Source: Harriotta raleighana
Taxonomy: Eukaryota
NCBI GenBank assembly: GCA_050575255.1
Contig: JBNZDD010013714.1
Location: 2,545,044 to 2,609,043 of the forward strand
Length of the DNA: 64,000 nt
Direction of reading: 5' to 3'
In this document: positions 49,491 through 57,247 of the stretch, one piece after another
Numbering within the stretch: the stretch's first letter is position 1
Layout of the letters: each line of letters opens with the position of its first letter
The notes under the pieces: model-generated
The model's database searches: none
Told to the model about the DNA's origin: nothing
What the model saw: only the letters and a program-made list of their open reading frames with translations
Translations under genes and position numbers: made by a program

Positions 49491-49830
49491 TGCTCACTTC
49501 ATGGCTTCCACTATTTAGTCAGGGTAAAACTGACTCTGGCCTGAGTCATTTGTGAGTTATTCTATTTGTACTTTCAACTGAAATCAGAACGATTGCGATG
49601 AGTAACTCGTTCTGATGTGAGGTCAGCTTTGAGACCCTCTGATTTCAGTAGCTAGGGAAACACCATCAGAGCCTTTTGTTGTGATGGCAACGCTGTTTCG
49701 CATGGAGTTATATTTCCCCAGGTTAACGCTGATTCTCTGTTGTACAGTGAGGAGGACACTGAAGAGCGGCCTGGCCCCTGATGTGGTCCAGGCTTTGGGC
49801 TTGTCAAAAGCATCAGAAGTAAAACTATAG
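573..49830 (+). CDS. FHOD1: FH1/FH2 domain-containing formin FHOD1, multi-exon, 5'-partial (first exons upstream of window)
   Basis: Phase-consistent exon chain encoding GBD/FH3 ([20 protein letters not shown]...[12 protein letters not shown]), polyproline FH1, FH2 ([23 protein letters not shown]), DAD (DEIMDRLV) and the C-terminus [31 protein letters not shown]. The C-terminus is FHOD1-like ([10 protein letters not shown]), not FHOD3-like (EEARALGLV). The neighbouring SLC9A5 matches known FHOD1 synteny. Confidence 0.92.
1352..1593. repeat. C-rich low-complexity tract (G-quadruplex-prone on - strand)
   Basis: ~240 nt of CCCCT/CCTCC runs. Confidence 0.8.
2500..2990 (+). mobile_element. L2 LINE 3' fragment
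   Basis: ORF2 C-terminus [43 protein letters not shown]; tail CAGCACCTTGGGACATCC..GTTGTTG. Confidence 0.88.
4548..4653 (+). CDS. FHOD1: FHOD1 exon ([35 protein letters not shown])
   Basis: Pyrimidine tract + cctgtag acceptor, GAG|gtgagc donor, 106 nt, phase 0->1. Confidence 0.95.
5269..5363 (+). CDS. FHOD1: FHOD1 exon ([32 protein letters not shown])
   Basis: cttttcag acceptor, CTG|gtgagc donor, 95 nt, phase 1->0. Confidence 0.95.
5874..6174 (-). mobile_element. tRNA-derived SINE, short subfamily (tRNA head + CORE-like block + Deu 3' block + (ATT)n tail)
   Basis: A box TAGCTCAGTG, B box GGTTCAATTCC, block ACTGTTTGTGG..CTGCTGTGTGCAATT and tail AAATGCAAGGATTATTAT shared with many copies in the window. 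Confidence 0.85.
6185..6268 (-). pseudogene. Degenerate tRNA-Leu (anticodon CAG)
   Basis: Minus strand ATCAGGATGGCCAAGCAGTCCAAGGCTTTGTGTTCAGGTTACAGACTCCTCTTGGAGACGTGGGTTCGAATCCCACTTCTGACA is colinear with vertebrate tRNA-Leu-CAG (long variable arm, intact B box). G1->A and several CpG-type transitions; no encoded CCA. Confidence 0.8.
8650..8761 (+). CDS. FHOD1: FHOD1 exon ([37 protein letters not shown])
   Basis: (CTCTGT)n tract + ctcag acceptor, gtaagt donor, 112 nt, phase 0->1. Confidence 0.95.
9120..9568 (-). mobile_element. L2 LINE 3' fragment
   Basis: [17 protein letters not shown]...LKTFLF; (CAA)n tail on + strand. Confidence 0.8.
9570..9860 (+). mobile_element. Older full Deu-domain SINE (SacSINE1/AmnSINE-like)
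   Basis: GGGTTCAAGCC..GTCTAAGGCTGACACTCCAGTGC..GGAGGTGCC..GAGACGTCAAA..GTGGATGTTAAAGGTCCC..GGCTGTTTGTGGGACATTGCTGTG matches the Deu-SINE consensus as I recall it. Confidence 0.75.
10780..10874 (+). CDS. FHOD1: FHOD1 exon ([32 protein letters not shown])
   Basis: tttttcag acceptor, AAG|gtaaag donor, 95 nt, phase 1->0. Confidence 0.95.
12798..12941 (+). CDS. FHOD1: FHOD1 exon ([30 protein letters not shown]...QQFTIYE)
   Basis: tccccag acceptor, GAG|gtcagt donor, 144 nt, phase 0->0. Confidence 0.95.
15090..15300 (+). mobile_element. CR1 LINE 3' end fragment
   Basis: TGGAATTCTCTCCCC..GGCTGTGG..GATCAGCCATGATCT, similar to the 20410 copy. Confidence 0.75.
15347..15661 (+). mobile_element. tRNA-derived SINE, full-length short subfamily
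   Basis: GTCCTGTAGCTCAGTGGTTAGAG...CCTTACAAGC...CCTTGGGCAA...GACTGTTTGTGGGACACTGCTGTGCGC...GGATTATTATTAT. Confidence 0.9.
16430..16770 (+). mobile_element. tRNA-derived SINE, long subfamily (extra ~65-nt central block)
   Basis: Same head and tail plus TTACCCAGCAGTAAGTAG..CCCGGTTGTTAG; same block in the copies near 23290 and 47903. Confidence 0.75.
17517..17955 (-). mobile_element. Truncated copy of the (GATT)n-tailed composite element with a duplicated Deu block, inserted in an older Deu-SINE
   Basis: Shares GGCGGGGTGGGGTAAAATCAGGGA and tail with the 52862 copy; flanked by Deu-SINE parts 17250-17515 and ~17960-18000. Confidence 0.65.
18907..19212 (-). mobile_element. tRNA-derived SINE, full-length
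   Basis: Reverse complement of the 15347 consensus. Confidence 0.85.
19387..19742 (+). CDS. FHOD1: FHOD1 exon ([11 protein letters not shown]...METKSYSK), end of FH3 and start of linker
   Basis: ttcttgattcag acceptor, gtaagt donor, 356 nt, phase 0->2; NALxxEDGD motif conserved in FHOD proteins. Confidence 0.9.
20111..20404 (-). mobile_element. tRNA-derived SINE
   Basis: Reverse complement of consensus, head slightly truncated. Confidence 0.85.
20410..21080 (+). mobile_element. CR1 LINE 3' fragment (degenerate ORF2 C-terminus + 3' UTR)
   Basis: [64 protein letters not shown]; 3' end GATCAGCCATGATCTTATTGAATGGCGGGGCAGGC. Confidence 0.92.
21104..21372 (+). mobile_element. tRNA-derived SINE, 5'-truncated
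   Basis: ATCCAGGCAGGTCAGGGCGAACCTTGGGCAAG...GGGATTATTATTATT. Confidence 0.85.
22242..22537 (+). mobile_element. tRNA-derived SINE, full-length
   Basis: TGGAGCCCTGTAGCTCGGTGGTTAGAGC...GGTTCGATTCC...GGATTATTATT. Confidence 0.88.
23290..23910 (+). mobile_element. Two tandem tRNA-derived SINEs (long form ~23290-23585, short form ~23605-23910)
   Basis: Two heads with A/B boxes, two Deu blocks and tails. Confidence 0.8.
24284..24528 (-). mobile_element. tRNA-derived SINE
   Basis: Reverse complement of consensus. Confidence 0.82.
25573..25855 (-). mobile_element. tRNA-derived SINE
   Basis: Reverse complement of consensus with (AAT)n tail. Confidence 0.8.
27063..27117 (+). CDS. FHOD1: Possible FHOD1 alternative exon ([17 protein letters not shown])
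   Basis: Strong acceptor (tcttctttcaccttcccag) and CAG|gttcgt donor. At 55 nt it needs a partner exon to keep frame. Confidence 0.4.
27911..28224 (-). mobile_element. tRNA-derived SINE, full-length
   Basis: Reverse complement of consensus, ending CAGGACTCCACA. Confidence 0.88.
28357..28452 (+). CDS. FHOD1: FHOD1 linker exon ([31 protein letters not shown])
   Basis: tttctctctgcccgcag acceptor, CAG|gtacgt donor, 96 nt, symmetric phase 2->2, open frame. Confidence 0.7.
29023..29055 (+). CDS. FHOD1: FHOD1 small linker exon ([12 protein letters not shown])
   Basis: ctctttccccccag acceptor, gtaagt donor, 33 nt, symmetric phase 2->2, reads directly into [10 protein letters not shown]. Confidence 0.7.
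29270..29670 (+). mobile_element. Older Deu-domain SINE
   Basis: GCTCAGTCGGTAGCACT..CTGAATCAGAAGGT head, CAGGTGG, GCTGTGCACAAACTGGCTGCCGC. Confidence 0.7.
30437..30573 (+). CDS. FHOD1: FHOD1 linker exon ([14 protein letters not shown]...QKLPD)
   Basis: atctttcag acceptor, ATG|gtaaac donor, 137 nt, phase 2->1; resembles mammalian FHOD1 ARFLENVAAA...HPD; absent from the ORF track. Confidence 0.8.
31452..31605. repeat. Unclassified interspersed repeat (other copies ~34490-34620 and, inverted, ~5470-5876)
   Basis: Shared GCGTC(T)CCTCCAGGGAGAGA..ATTCCAACAATCTATCTCT.GGATT..CATG. Confidence 0.7.
32359..32499 (+). CDS. FHOD1: FHOD1 linker exon (VEVLSEKE...[16 protein letters not shown]...DNET) with GC donor
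   Basis: ttttttccttgcag acceptor, CAG|gcaaga donor, 141 nt, symmetric phase 1->1; CSASS..STLERE motif as recalled from FHOD3. Confidence 0.7.
33503..34428 (+). CDS. FHOD1: FHOD1 large exon: linker, FH1 polyproline and FH2 start
   Basis: ctgcag acceptor, AAG|gtaaga donor, 926 nt, phase 1->0; [20 protein letters not shown], poly-[22 protein letters not shown]. Confidence 0.97.
35827..36100 (+). mobile_element. tRNA-derived SINE with internal deletion
   Basis: Intact head and tail, most of the Deu block missing. Confidence 0.82.
37403..37625 (+). repeat. G-rich minisatellite (~23-nt unit GGGAGRGTGGAGGGTWGGGATVT)
   Basis: Roughly nine degenerate tandem units. Confidence 0.8.
37925..38170 (-). 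mobile_element. L2 LINE 3' fragment
   Basis: [23 protein letters not shown]. Confidence 0.75.
38206..38361 (+). CDS. FHOD1: FHOD1 FH2 exon ([29 protein letters not shown]...KEGIE)
   Basis: atctttcag acceptor, GAG|gtgagg donor, 156 nt. Confidence 0.95.
38590..38970 (-). mobile_element. Older Deu-domain SINE
   Basis: Reverse complement of head (CTGAGCCAGGC, CTTCTGACTCAGAGG) and Deu block (GGTTTAATGTCTCGTCTGAAGGACAGCA). Confidence 0.7.
39116..39298 (+). CDS. FHOD1: FHOD1 FH2 exon ([24 protein letters not shown]...LDYEAMEK)
   Basis: tttcaacag acceptor, AAG|gtacga donor, 183 nt. Confidence 0.96.
39623..39742 (+). CDS. FHOD1: FHOD1 FH2 exon ([15 protein letters not shown]...[12 protein letters not shown])
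   Basis: ttttgtag acceptor, gtaagg donor, 120 nt; formin GNFLN motif. Confidence 0.96.
40234..40395 (+). CDS. FHOD1: FHOD1 FH2 exon ([18 protein letters not shown]...ITRSSK)
   Basis: ctccctgaag acceptor, AAG|gtatgt donor, 162 nt. Confidence 0.96.
41082..41272 (+). CDS. FHOD1: FHOD1 FH2 exon ([24 protein letters not shown]...VHRRIIN)
   Basis: gctcacag acceptor, CAG|gtcaga donor, 191 nt, phase 0->2. Confidence 0.96.
42950..43252 (-). mobile_element. tRNA-derived SINE, full-length
   Basis: Reverse complement of consensus. Confidence 0.85.
43447..43639 (+). CDS. FHOD1: FHOD1 FH2 exon ([10 protein letters not shown]...[11 protein letters not shown]...KTRGKMITE)
   Basis: ctttgcag acceptor, GAG|gtgagt donor, 193 nt, phase 2->0. 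Confidence 0.96.
45055..45420 (-). mobile_element. L2 LINE 3' fragment
   Basis: [24 protein letters not shown]; reverse L2 tail. Confidence 0.75.
46160..46500 (+). mobile_element. L2 LINE 3' fragment
   Basis: [42 protein letters not shown]; tail CAGCGCCTTGGGACGTCCTCC..GTTGTTG. Confidence 0.85.
47903..48240 (+). mobile_element. tRNA-derived SINE, long subfamily
   Basis: Head + GCAAGTTTCCTTACTCCACACGTCTCTGTTTA..GCAGTAAGTAAGAACCCGGTTGTTAG + Deu block + tail. Confidence 0.8.
48297..48450 (+). CDS. FHOD1: FHOD1 exon ([10 protein letters not shown]...[11 protein letters not shown]...RRSRGNR)
   Basis: ttcttgcag acceptor, gtgagt donor, 154 nt, phase 0->1. Confidence 0.93.
49107..49283 (+). CDS. 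FHOD1: FHOD1 DAD exon ([16 protein letters not shown]...[10 protein letters not shown])
   Basis: ataaag acceptor after pyrimidine run, gtgagt donor, 177 nt, phase 1->1; DAD core MDxL. Confidence 0.93.
49748..49830 (+). CDS. FHOD1: FHOD1 last coding exon ([27 protein letters not shown])
   Basis: gttgtacag acceptor, TAG stop at 49828-49830; basic region with the ROCK-site Ser/Thr pattern (RKRS..RKSLRRT). Confidence 0.95.
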
Positions 49831-50619
49831 GGGAGAGTGGGGACCTGGATTCACGTCAATCTCACTGCCTGTCAGCAATCCCGAACCTCGGCACAAAACC
49901 ACTATCAAAGGATGAAGAGCAAAGCATTTTCATATCTTCTCTCCACTTAAGAGCGAGAGCAAGCACTCCAGTTTCAACTACACAGTACTTTACACAGCTA
50001 CAGATGGGTTGGCGCTGACGTTTATGGAAGGAATAAAGCAACTCGTGTGAATCGTTTTGTGCGGGGGAGCGGTAATCCTGGCAGCTCTCATTGGTTGAGG
50101 AAACAGCAGGACAACTAACGCACCCCAAGCCGTCACAAAGTGACTCGTGGCTGGCGAAGCTGAGCTGAATGATGACAAATTCTCCGAGAAGTAACCAAGT
50201 GGCAACTCACGGATCTAGGATCCACTTCTCAGTCACACGCACACACGTACACACACGCATGCACGCACACACACACACGCACACACAAACATCCCATCAC
50301 ATCCGTTGTCCCTTGTGACCCTTCCACTGCCTTCTGAAGGCTTGAGCTGTGACACGTGTGTTTCAAGGGTCCCAGCTTCTTTCAGCCATGTGGTGACTTT
50401 TCTAGCGTGAACCTTGATGTTGTTATTTGGACATGAAGCTTAGCCTGACCCAATGTGCACAGCCAGCAGGGCTCAGTGCACAGGAGCAGGAAACCGGCTG
50501 ATTTTCCCCCTTCCCTCCATCCCCATCTCCTCAGGTCAAGGAAGCCATGTTTGATTGTAATGCTGTACTGGTGCCCTGACTGAGGTTGGCTAACTCGATG
50601 CTCCTTCCTGTTCTGGTAC

Positions 50620-51410
50620 ATGGTTAGCCAGGCTCAGTCGGGGGACGATCAGGAGGTTGTGGGTTCGAGCCCAGGGTTGGGACTGTAAGCTTACAGTTTA
50701 GTCCAGTGGTAGCCAACCTTTATGGTCAGCCGAACAAAATAAATGTTCTTGAGTGAATATTTCTTCATTTATGCCGTACAAACAAATCAAATCAAATCAA
50801 ATAATAATTTGGTCACTCAATCCACCGCTGTTTGTGGGACACTGCTGGGCGCTAATTGGCTACTGCGTTTCGTCCACGAAATATATAGTCAATTCACTCT
50901 GTAGTATATACTGTGAAGCGCTTTGAGAAAGGAGATCGAATTCAAGTATTATTATAAATCAAGAAATATTTAATCAAGACAACACTAAAAATAACTACTG
51001 ATCGGACATGGATTTTATGTAAACTCGTGGATATGTTCGATGGGCCCTGATGGAGAACTTTCGGCCCTCAGGCCACAGCTTTGCCATCACTGATCTAGTC
51101 TGAGGTTCCAGTGCAGAACATTTCTGCGGAGGAGAGGAAGCCCTGAAGACTTGCCAACCTTCAGATGAGACGTTAAACCTAGGACTATCTGTTCAGTAAA
51201 TGTTTCAGATTCCGTGGCAATATTTCTAAACGAGGAGGGCATTTCTCCCAGTGCGTGGGCCAATAATCCTCCAGATTTAAAGCAGATTGGGACATTGCTG
51301 TGCACAAATTGGCACTTGCCTACCAAATATACAGTCACTACACTTAACAGAAAAAAGAACTCGGAAGCACTTTAAGTCGTTTTGACAAAATAAGTTGCTG
51401 TATGGAATGC
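50620..51410 (+). mobile_element. Older Deu-domain SINE split by a hAT MITE, in the FHOD1 3' UTR region
   Basis: Head 50620-50703; Deu block resumes at 51093 (TCAGATGAGACGTTAAACC...GGGACATTGCTGTGCACAAATTGGC). Confidence 0.7.
50704..51092. mobile_element. Non-autonomous hAT (Charlie-like) MITE, itself containing a SINE fragment (~50805-50955)
   Basis: Imperfect 16-bp TIRs CAGTGGTAGCCAACCT / CAGTGATGGCAAAGCT (12/16); 8-bp flanks GTTTAGTC / ATCTAGTC (6/8), near the NTCTAGAN target. Confidence 0.65.
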
Positions 51411-52319
51411 TTATGACCATTACCAAGCAAGATGAGTGTATTCACTATGCCATCGAGGGTAGCACAGATCTACATCATTCAGCATCAATTGTTTGAAGCT
51501 CTACTGTACTGGTTAACCATGACAGCTGTGTTATGAAGATGTTTTGAGCTGACAGGGTTGAAAACTGATATCCGTAAGGCAAGACAATTATTGTACAGCA
51601 GGAGAAAATATATTCATTTGTCAAGACTATAATAAACGTATATATTCTGTTTGGTCTGTATTTAGCGTGTTGAAAGTGCACTGGCTGCATAACAATGTGT
51701 ACTTGTTCTGAATTATGTATGATCCATATTATGGATATAAATTTGCACTGGGTGTCTCATTTATCTATTAATTGATCATGTAGAGGCAGTATTTTAAAAG
51801 AAAGAAACCACTAAACAATCAGTATATTAATTACAGTTGGTTCTCAGCAACATACAGTACTGTGGTGGTAATAATCTAAGGACAACTTCCTTCAAGTGTT
51901 TTGGAAGATTACTGCATTAAATTGAATTTAATGCATTTCATTCAAGTATGTTACAAATGTGTCCTGTCCTACTCCATATATCAAATAGATCAAAAGTCCT
52001 TGAAGATACACACTAATATTAGTGGACGTATTTTCGCAAACTTTTTATTCCCCAAATGGTTCCTTTTTTTGAATGTTTTGTCATTGAAAGCAATTAAATG
52101 TTTCATGTTTTTGCTGCTGCTGTTCATTTGGTTTTCTTCTAGGCTCCAGTTATCACTAGGAATCCTTCATGTACCGTGATATATTTTTGGACGTTTCTTT
52201 CCTATGCCTCCAGCTCGGAAACTTGCAATCGAGGCAAATCAGATTGAAGGTTGCAATTGACACTCAACGCGATTTTATACAGAAGTATAAAAGTATAAAA
52301 GATTTTATACAGAAGTATA

Positions 52320-52720
52320 TTAGTGCAGGTGGCAGCACTCTCGCTTCCATGTCAGAATGTTGTAGGTTCATCCTCCCTTCTGTAGAGACTTTGATCTGAT
52401 AAATTGACTCTCCCTCGCAGTGCTGAAGATCATTGCGTTGTCTCTTTGAATCAGAGACTCTTTGAATCAGTCAGTAAACTGTGGTCCCCTGTGTTCTGTT
52501 CAGGTGGACGTTAAGATCCCGTGGCATTATTTTGAAAGAGAAGGGAATTTCTTCTATTTTTTTTGCTATCAATCCTGCAGATCAAATTGATTATTCACTT
52601 TGTGGCTATTTGGGGACATCGCTGCGGGCAAATTGACTGCTGTGTTCACCTGAAAATAATCAATTGCAAGATTTTACAGAAATATTGCGAGCCCCTTTGA
52701 GATATTATCACGTTTAGATT
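52320..52720 (+). mobile_element. Older Deu-domain SINE
   Basis: GGCAGCACTCTCGC..GTCAGAA head; TTCAGGTGGACGTTAAGATCCCGTGGCA; GCAAATTGACTGCTGTGTT. Confidence 0.7.
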
Positions 52721-52861
52721 TGTCGATAGTATGGAGATAATATATAGTATAGAGGTAAAGCGAACAGGCAAGGTATTGTGATTGAAAGATCTGCCAAGCT
52801 GATGGAACAATAACATGCATTTGTATAGCGTGTCTCACACAGGGTAGCGTCCCAGAGTGCT

Positions 52862-53930
52862 TCAATCAATCAATCAAAATTTTATTTATAAAGCGCCTTT
52901 CACGTCGGGAGGACGTCCCAAAGCGCTGTACAGCCAAATAGGGGGGGAGGGTTCAGGGAAAGGAGTAGGAAAAATTGACTGTATATTTGTGGGCGAAACG
53001 CGGCAGCAAATTGCGCACAGCAGTGTCCCACAAATACACACAGAAATGGGGGGGAAAAATGGCAAGGGGGAGAAATGGAGGGAAAAGCGGGGTGGGGTAA
53101 AATCAGGGAAGAAAAGGGGGGGGAGAAAGGGGGACAAGGGGGAAATCAGGGAGGGCAAAGAGGGAGAAATGTTGGCAAGTGGGAAGAGGGAGGGAAGGAT
53201 GGGTAGGAGGCAAAACCAGGGAGAAAGGGGGGTAAGGGGGAAGAGGGAGGAAAGGGAGAGAGGGAAGGAGAAGAACAAAAAGGGGGAAAATCAGGGGGCA
53301 GGGGGAGTTTAAACAACAACAAACAACATCAACAATAATAAACAAAAAAGTAAACAACAATCAACAACAATAAACAAACACAACAACAACACCCAACGAC
53401 TGTCCAGCCACCGCTCCCTGTCCTCGCCGCCCGCCTGGACCATCTCAAAAAAGGCGGGAACCAGGCCATCGATGGCACCGGCCGATCCCCCTCTTCCCCA
53501 CTGGGACGCTGGGTGCTCCCGGCCCTCCTCCTCCCGCTCCACCGCACACATCAGTCATCCGCCCAGGCCCGTGTCCTCGATTCTCAGGCCAATGACCTCG
53601 CCACTCAGGCCTGTGTCCCCGCTGCTCCAGCTCCACGGCCGCCGGTCCCTGGGTCGAGTCACCGGGCCTGTGCGGCTCCGGCTCAGCCACAGTCCGACTC
53701 CATACTCGACTCCCATCTCTAGCTCCAGCCGCAGCCCAGGCCAGGCCGAGCCGGCCCCCTGCTCCCAGCCGGGGATGGCAACTCCCGTGGTGTGCGACCG
53801 ATCGACCCCCGAGCCCCCCGCAGACACACGGGGCGCAGCCCAGCTTCCCGCGCTCGCGACTGGTGATCATGGTGATGGTATTGGCGGCGGCGGCTCCTAA
53901 CCCTCGTGTACCGCCGCCGCCATCTTGGAA
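52862..53930 (-). mobile_element. Composite non-autonomous retroelement: CpG-rich head, pyrimidine linker, Deu block, L2-type tail with (GATT)n
   Basis: 3' portion shared with copies at 17517-17955(-), 5575-5784(+) and 42253-42430(-). Whether the GC-rich head belongs to the element is inferred. Confidence 0.55.
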
Positions 53931-56896
53931 AGTGATCAGTCATCTTCAGTCATCTTTCCCCTGCTTAACACCGGTGGAGGTGACAGGAGACACAGTCGAA
54001 TAGCAAGGTCTTCGGACACGACCCAAAGATGGGGAAGGAAGGGGCAAAGCGAATGGATAGAGGAAGAAAATATTTCCAGCTTCAATATGCTTGAAGGATT
54101 AGATAATCTCCTCCTGTTTTTGCATTCCTATAATTACAACTATTGCTATTTTGTTCAGCCTTTTAAACCATTTATGTCTTAGTTGCAGGATTAAAACATT
54201 CTCAAAATCAGACTCCAAGGCCATGCAGTCATTTGTCTCTGGTGACCGATTAATTTAAACTGGACTTTCTAAACCCACATTCAGTAGAGAACAAGGAGAT
54301 CCCCATGACTATGCCTTCATAATATTGTAGAAGATTGGAGAAGACTAGTTATTGTTACCTTGAGAATAACAATTTCGACTGGGAGGCTTTAAAGGGAGAG
54401 GATTAAGAGGGAGCAGAATTGAAGTGGATAATGAATGGAAATAATTCAAACACGACATTCGGAAACGAAATGCAACAACACCAACAAGTTGCATTTATCT
54501 ATCGCCCTCGGTTCTTGGCAGCATCTCAGTTTCTCGGGAATTGCTTCCTCCCCCTCCTTCGAGGCCCATCTCAAAACGTCCTCTTTCACCGCACTTTCAG
54601 TCATCTTTCCCCTCAGCTCCCAACCCCATCCTCAAGATCTAGTGGTCAGCCACTAGCAATTTGGGGGGCTTTGAGACATCCCCCCTGATGTGAAAAACGC
54701 TGTGTAAACATATATTGTGTGGTATAGCCCAGTGTCAAAAATAATGAGGTGAAAAATGGCCAAAGTTAGAGCATAAATCAAGAAAGCAATCTTTCTTGAT
54801 TATGCCAAAAATCAATAAATATTCAGTGAAGAAAAAAAACTGGAAACACAACAATGATTGAACATGGATTTACCTAGACTTGTGCAAATGGTTGTGGTGG
54901 GGTTGAGGCTTCTTGGTGGACGTGGGGGCCATAGTTTAGGTACTGTTGATCTACCAAGTTCCTCCACGGTGTCATCTGCAAACATGGGATTAGCTATCAG
55001 ATCTCTGTTGGTGGCAGCGAATTTACCTCTCACAAATGAAAACAAATTCCAGACACTCTGGCACATTGTCTTCGAGATGTATAACTTGTACAGAGATCTT
55101 ATCACGTAAAGCATGTGTTAGGGCAATCACAAGGAAATGCAACTCATGTGTGGACCAGAGGAGTCCCATTTTCAAATCGTGTCTGAAAAGGGTAAAGGGG
55201 AAGAAGACTCTGCTTCATATTTTTGGGAACACCATAAGTACAGGTTTGCGCATGGGATTTGAAGGAACGTAAGTTAATGCATTCCTGATGTTCCAAACAC
55301 TGAGACTTGAAACATGGAATTATAGACCAGCCAGTTCAAAATGACTAGTGGGATAACTTATTTTTCAGGATGCCATCTATTAACAGTCCAAAGAGCGTAG
55401 AAATCAAAAGAAATGGATCACGCTTTGCGAATCTAAATCCAGGGCTTTTGAAGAATATGAAAGCCTTTCTGGTGAACTACCAGCCAAGCTAGTTGAAATT
55501 GGCTTGTAAATAAATAAACGTTCTTCAAATATTGGTGAAGAATGACTTTGTGTCAATGTAGCTTTGTGGGGCACTGTTCTATAGTCAACCACATGGAGGA
55601 GACTTAACATATCGATTCAGCAGGATGGCCTGAGGGCAGGTGTATGGGTGACTAATGGCATTAAAGGAAGGCTTCATCCATTACTACGTGGGCTAGGGAC
55701 CAGCTCATGAATTTTAATTTCATGCACTGATCTACACTGCTACAGAAAACCTGATGTGTTGTGTGTGCAATTAATGGAACGCCTTTGGGCACAGTCACTG
55801 ATCATCACTCAGTATTCATTCAATGTTAAGCAATTATCACATAGACATTGATGCACTGGTGGGAGTAGTGGTGAGCTAGAATGTAGGTCAAAGGGACAAA
55901 ATTCCTAACACTAAATGCAGTAGCTTGAATGTGTGCTTTTAATGGGAGATTCTACCTTAATGATGACATTACTGTAGCTGCTACAACAAATTGTGTTTAT
56001 ATAGACCCTTACACGTCGGGAAGATGTCCCAAGATGCTGGACAGTGATGGGTTTGCTGAGAGTTAGAATCACGAGGGGTGGAGGGCAAAGGGAATGGAGA
56101 TGAGAAGATGACTGCGGGCAAGTTCGAACAGGGAGGTCTTGAGATGGGCCTTGAAGGAGGCGAGAGAGGGGGCGAGGCAGAAAGTTGGAGTTCCAGAAGA
56201 GGGACTCGTTAAGAACTGATCTATTTGCATTTGGAAGTGAAGGATATTGATCCATTGAATGTAAAGTCAATCTCTTTCCTGCCAGTTTGGGTGCTGAGCC
56301 AGGATTGTTAAACTCCTTGGGATATCCACCCAATGGGAAAAGCACTATGCTAAATATAAACTTGTATATGCACAGGCCTTTAAAATACTGAGAGGCACAA
56401 GAAACATCAAGATAAGCAAGGTGTTTACATTACGTTAATTTAGATTCCATTACCTTAGAGCTAGAATACACAAATTTAACAACAAAAACAAAATTACACT
56501 TGTATAGCACCTTTCATGTCAGGAGGACGTTACATGAATTTAAAACAGATAAGTACTTTAATACTTTATGTATTCTTCGCCTTGGAATTGTATTCCAACA
56601 AAGCCAGTTTCTGTTCTCCTGAAATGTAACCTTTAACAAGTAATCTGAAGAGGATCTCAACAATGGGCTGAAAGTTATCTTTTTTTTTTCCTTTTGAGAT
56701 GTCATTCAAATGGAGCCACCACAGCAGAGAACGTGCACAAACCACAGATTTGTTGAGTTGGTTTCAAGGGCAGCATGTGTTAAAAGTGCCCAGCTATCAC
56801 CACAGCTGGAGAGCGGAATCAGACAGGTTAATAATGCACAAACCAGTCGGCTTTTAAAAGCAAAGCATTTTTAATAAAGCAGAAGTGGAGTCCAGA

Positions 56897-57247
56897 AGTG
56901 GGGTCCTGTAGCGTAGTGGTTAGAGCACTTGTGTTACAAGCGAGAGACCTAGGTTCGATTCCAGGCAGGTCAGGGTGAAACCTTGGGTGAGTTTCCTTAC
57001 TCCACACGCCTTGTAATAATCCCTAAAAAAAAATGGGTCATTTCAATCCACGATTGTTTGTGGGACACTGCTGTACGCAATTGGCTGTCGTGTTTCGGCC
57101 ACGTATATATACAATCAATTCACTTTACAATATATCCNTGTTTCAGCCACGTATATATACAATCAATTCACTTTACAATATATCCTGTGAAGGACTGAGA
57201 TGTCTGGAAGACGTGAAAAGTGCTAGATCAAATGCAAGGATTATTAG
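56897..57247 (+). mobile_element. tRNA-derived SINE (contains N57138 artefact)
   Basis: Consensus head, Deu block and tail. Confidence 0.85.

Larger units (their letters stand above)
49831..52120 (+). other. FHOD1: Probable FHOD1 3' UTR with alternative poly(A) signals
   Basis: AATAAA at 50032 and 51631; ATTAAA at 52093 followed by a GU/U-rich tract; AU-rich unique sequence 51400-52100. The exact end is inferred. Confidence 0.45.

Noticed and set aside
573-49830. Assignment as FHOD3
   Set aside because: Diagnostic residues ([30 protein letters not shown]) and SLC9A5 adjacency favour FHOD1 despite FHOD3-like linker motifs.
52857-53360. 130-150 aa G/K/E-rich and P/F/L-rich ORFs
   Set aside because: Translations of the purine/pyrimidine linker of a repeat element.
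53445-53943. Several overlapping 70-140 aa ORFs and a ccaagATGGCGGCG start in the CpG-rich region
   Set aside because: The strong-Kozak ATG on - stops after 8 codons (MAAAVHEG*). The other ORFs are GC-driven with no family motif, and there is no room or downstream exon for a gene.
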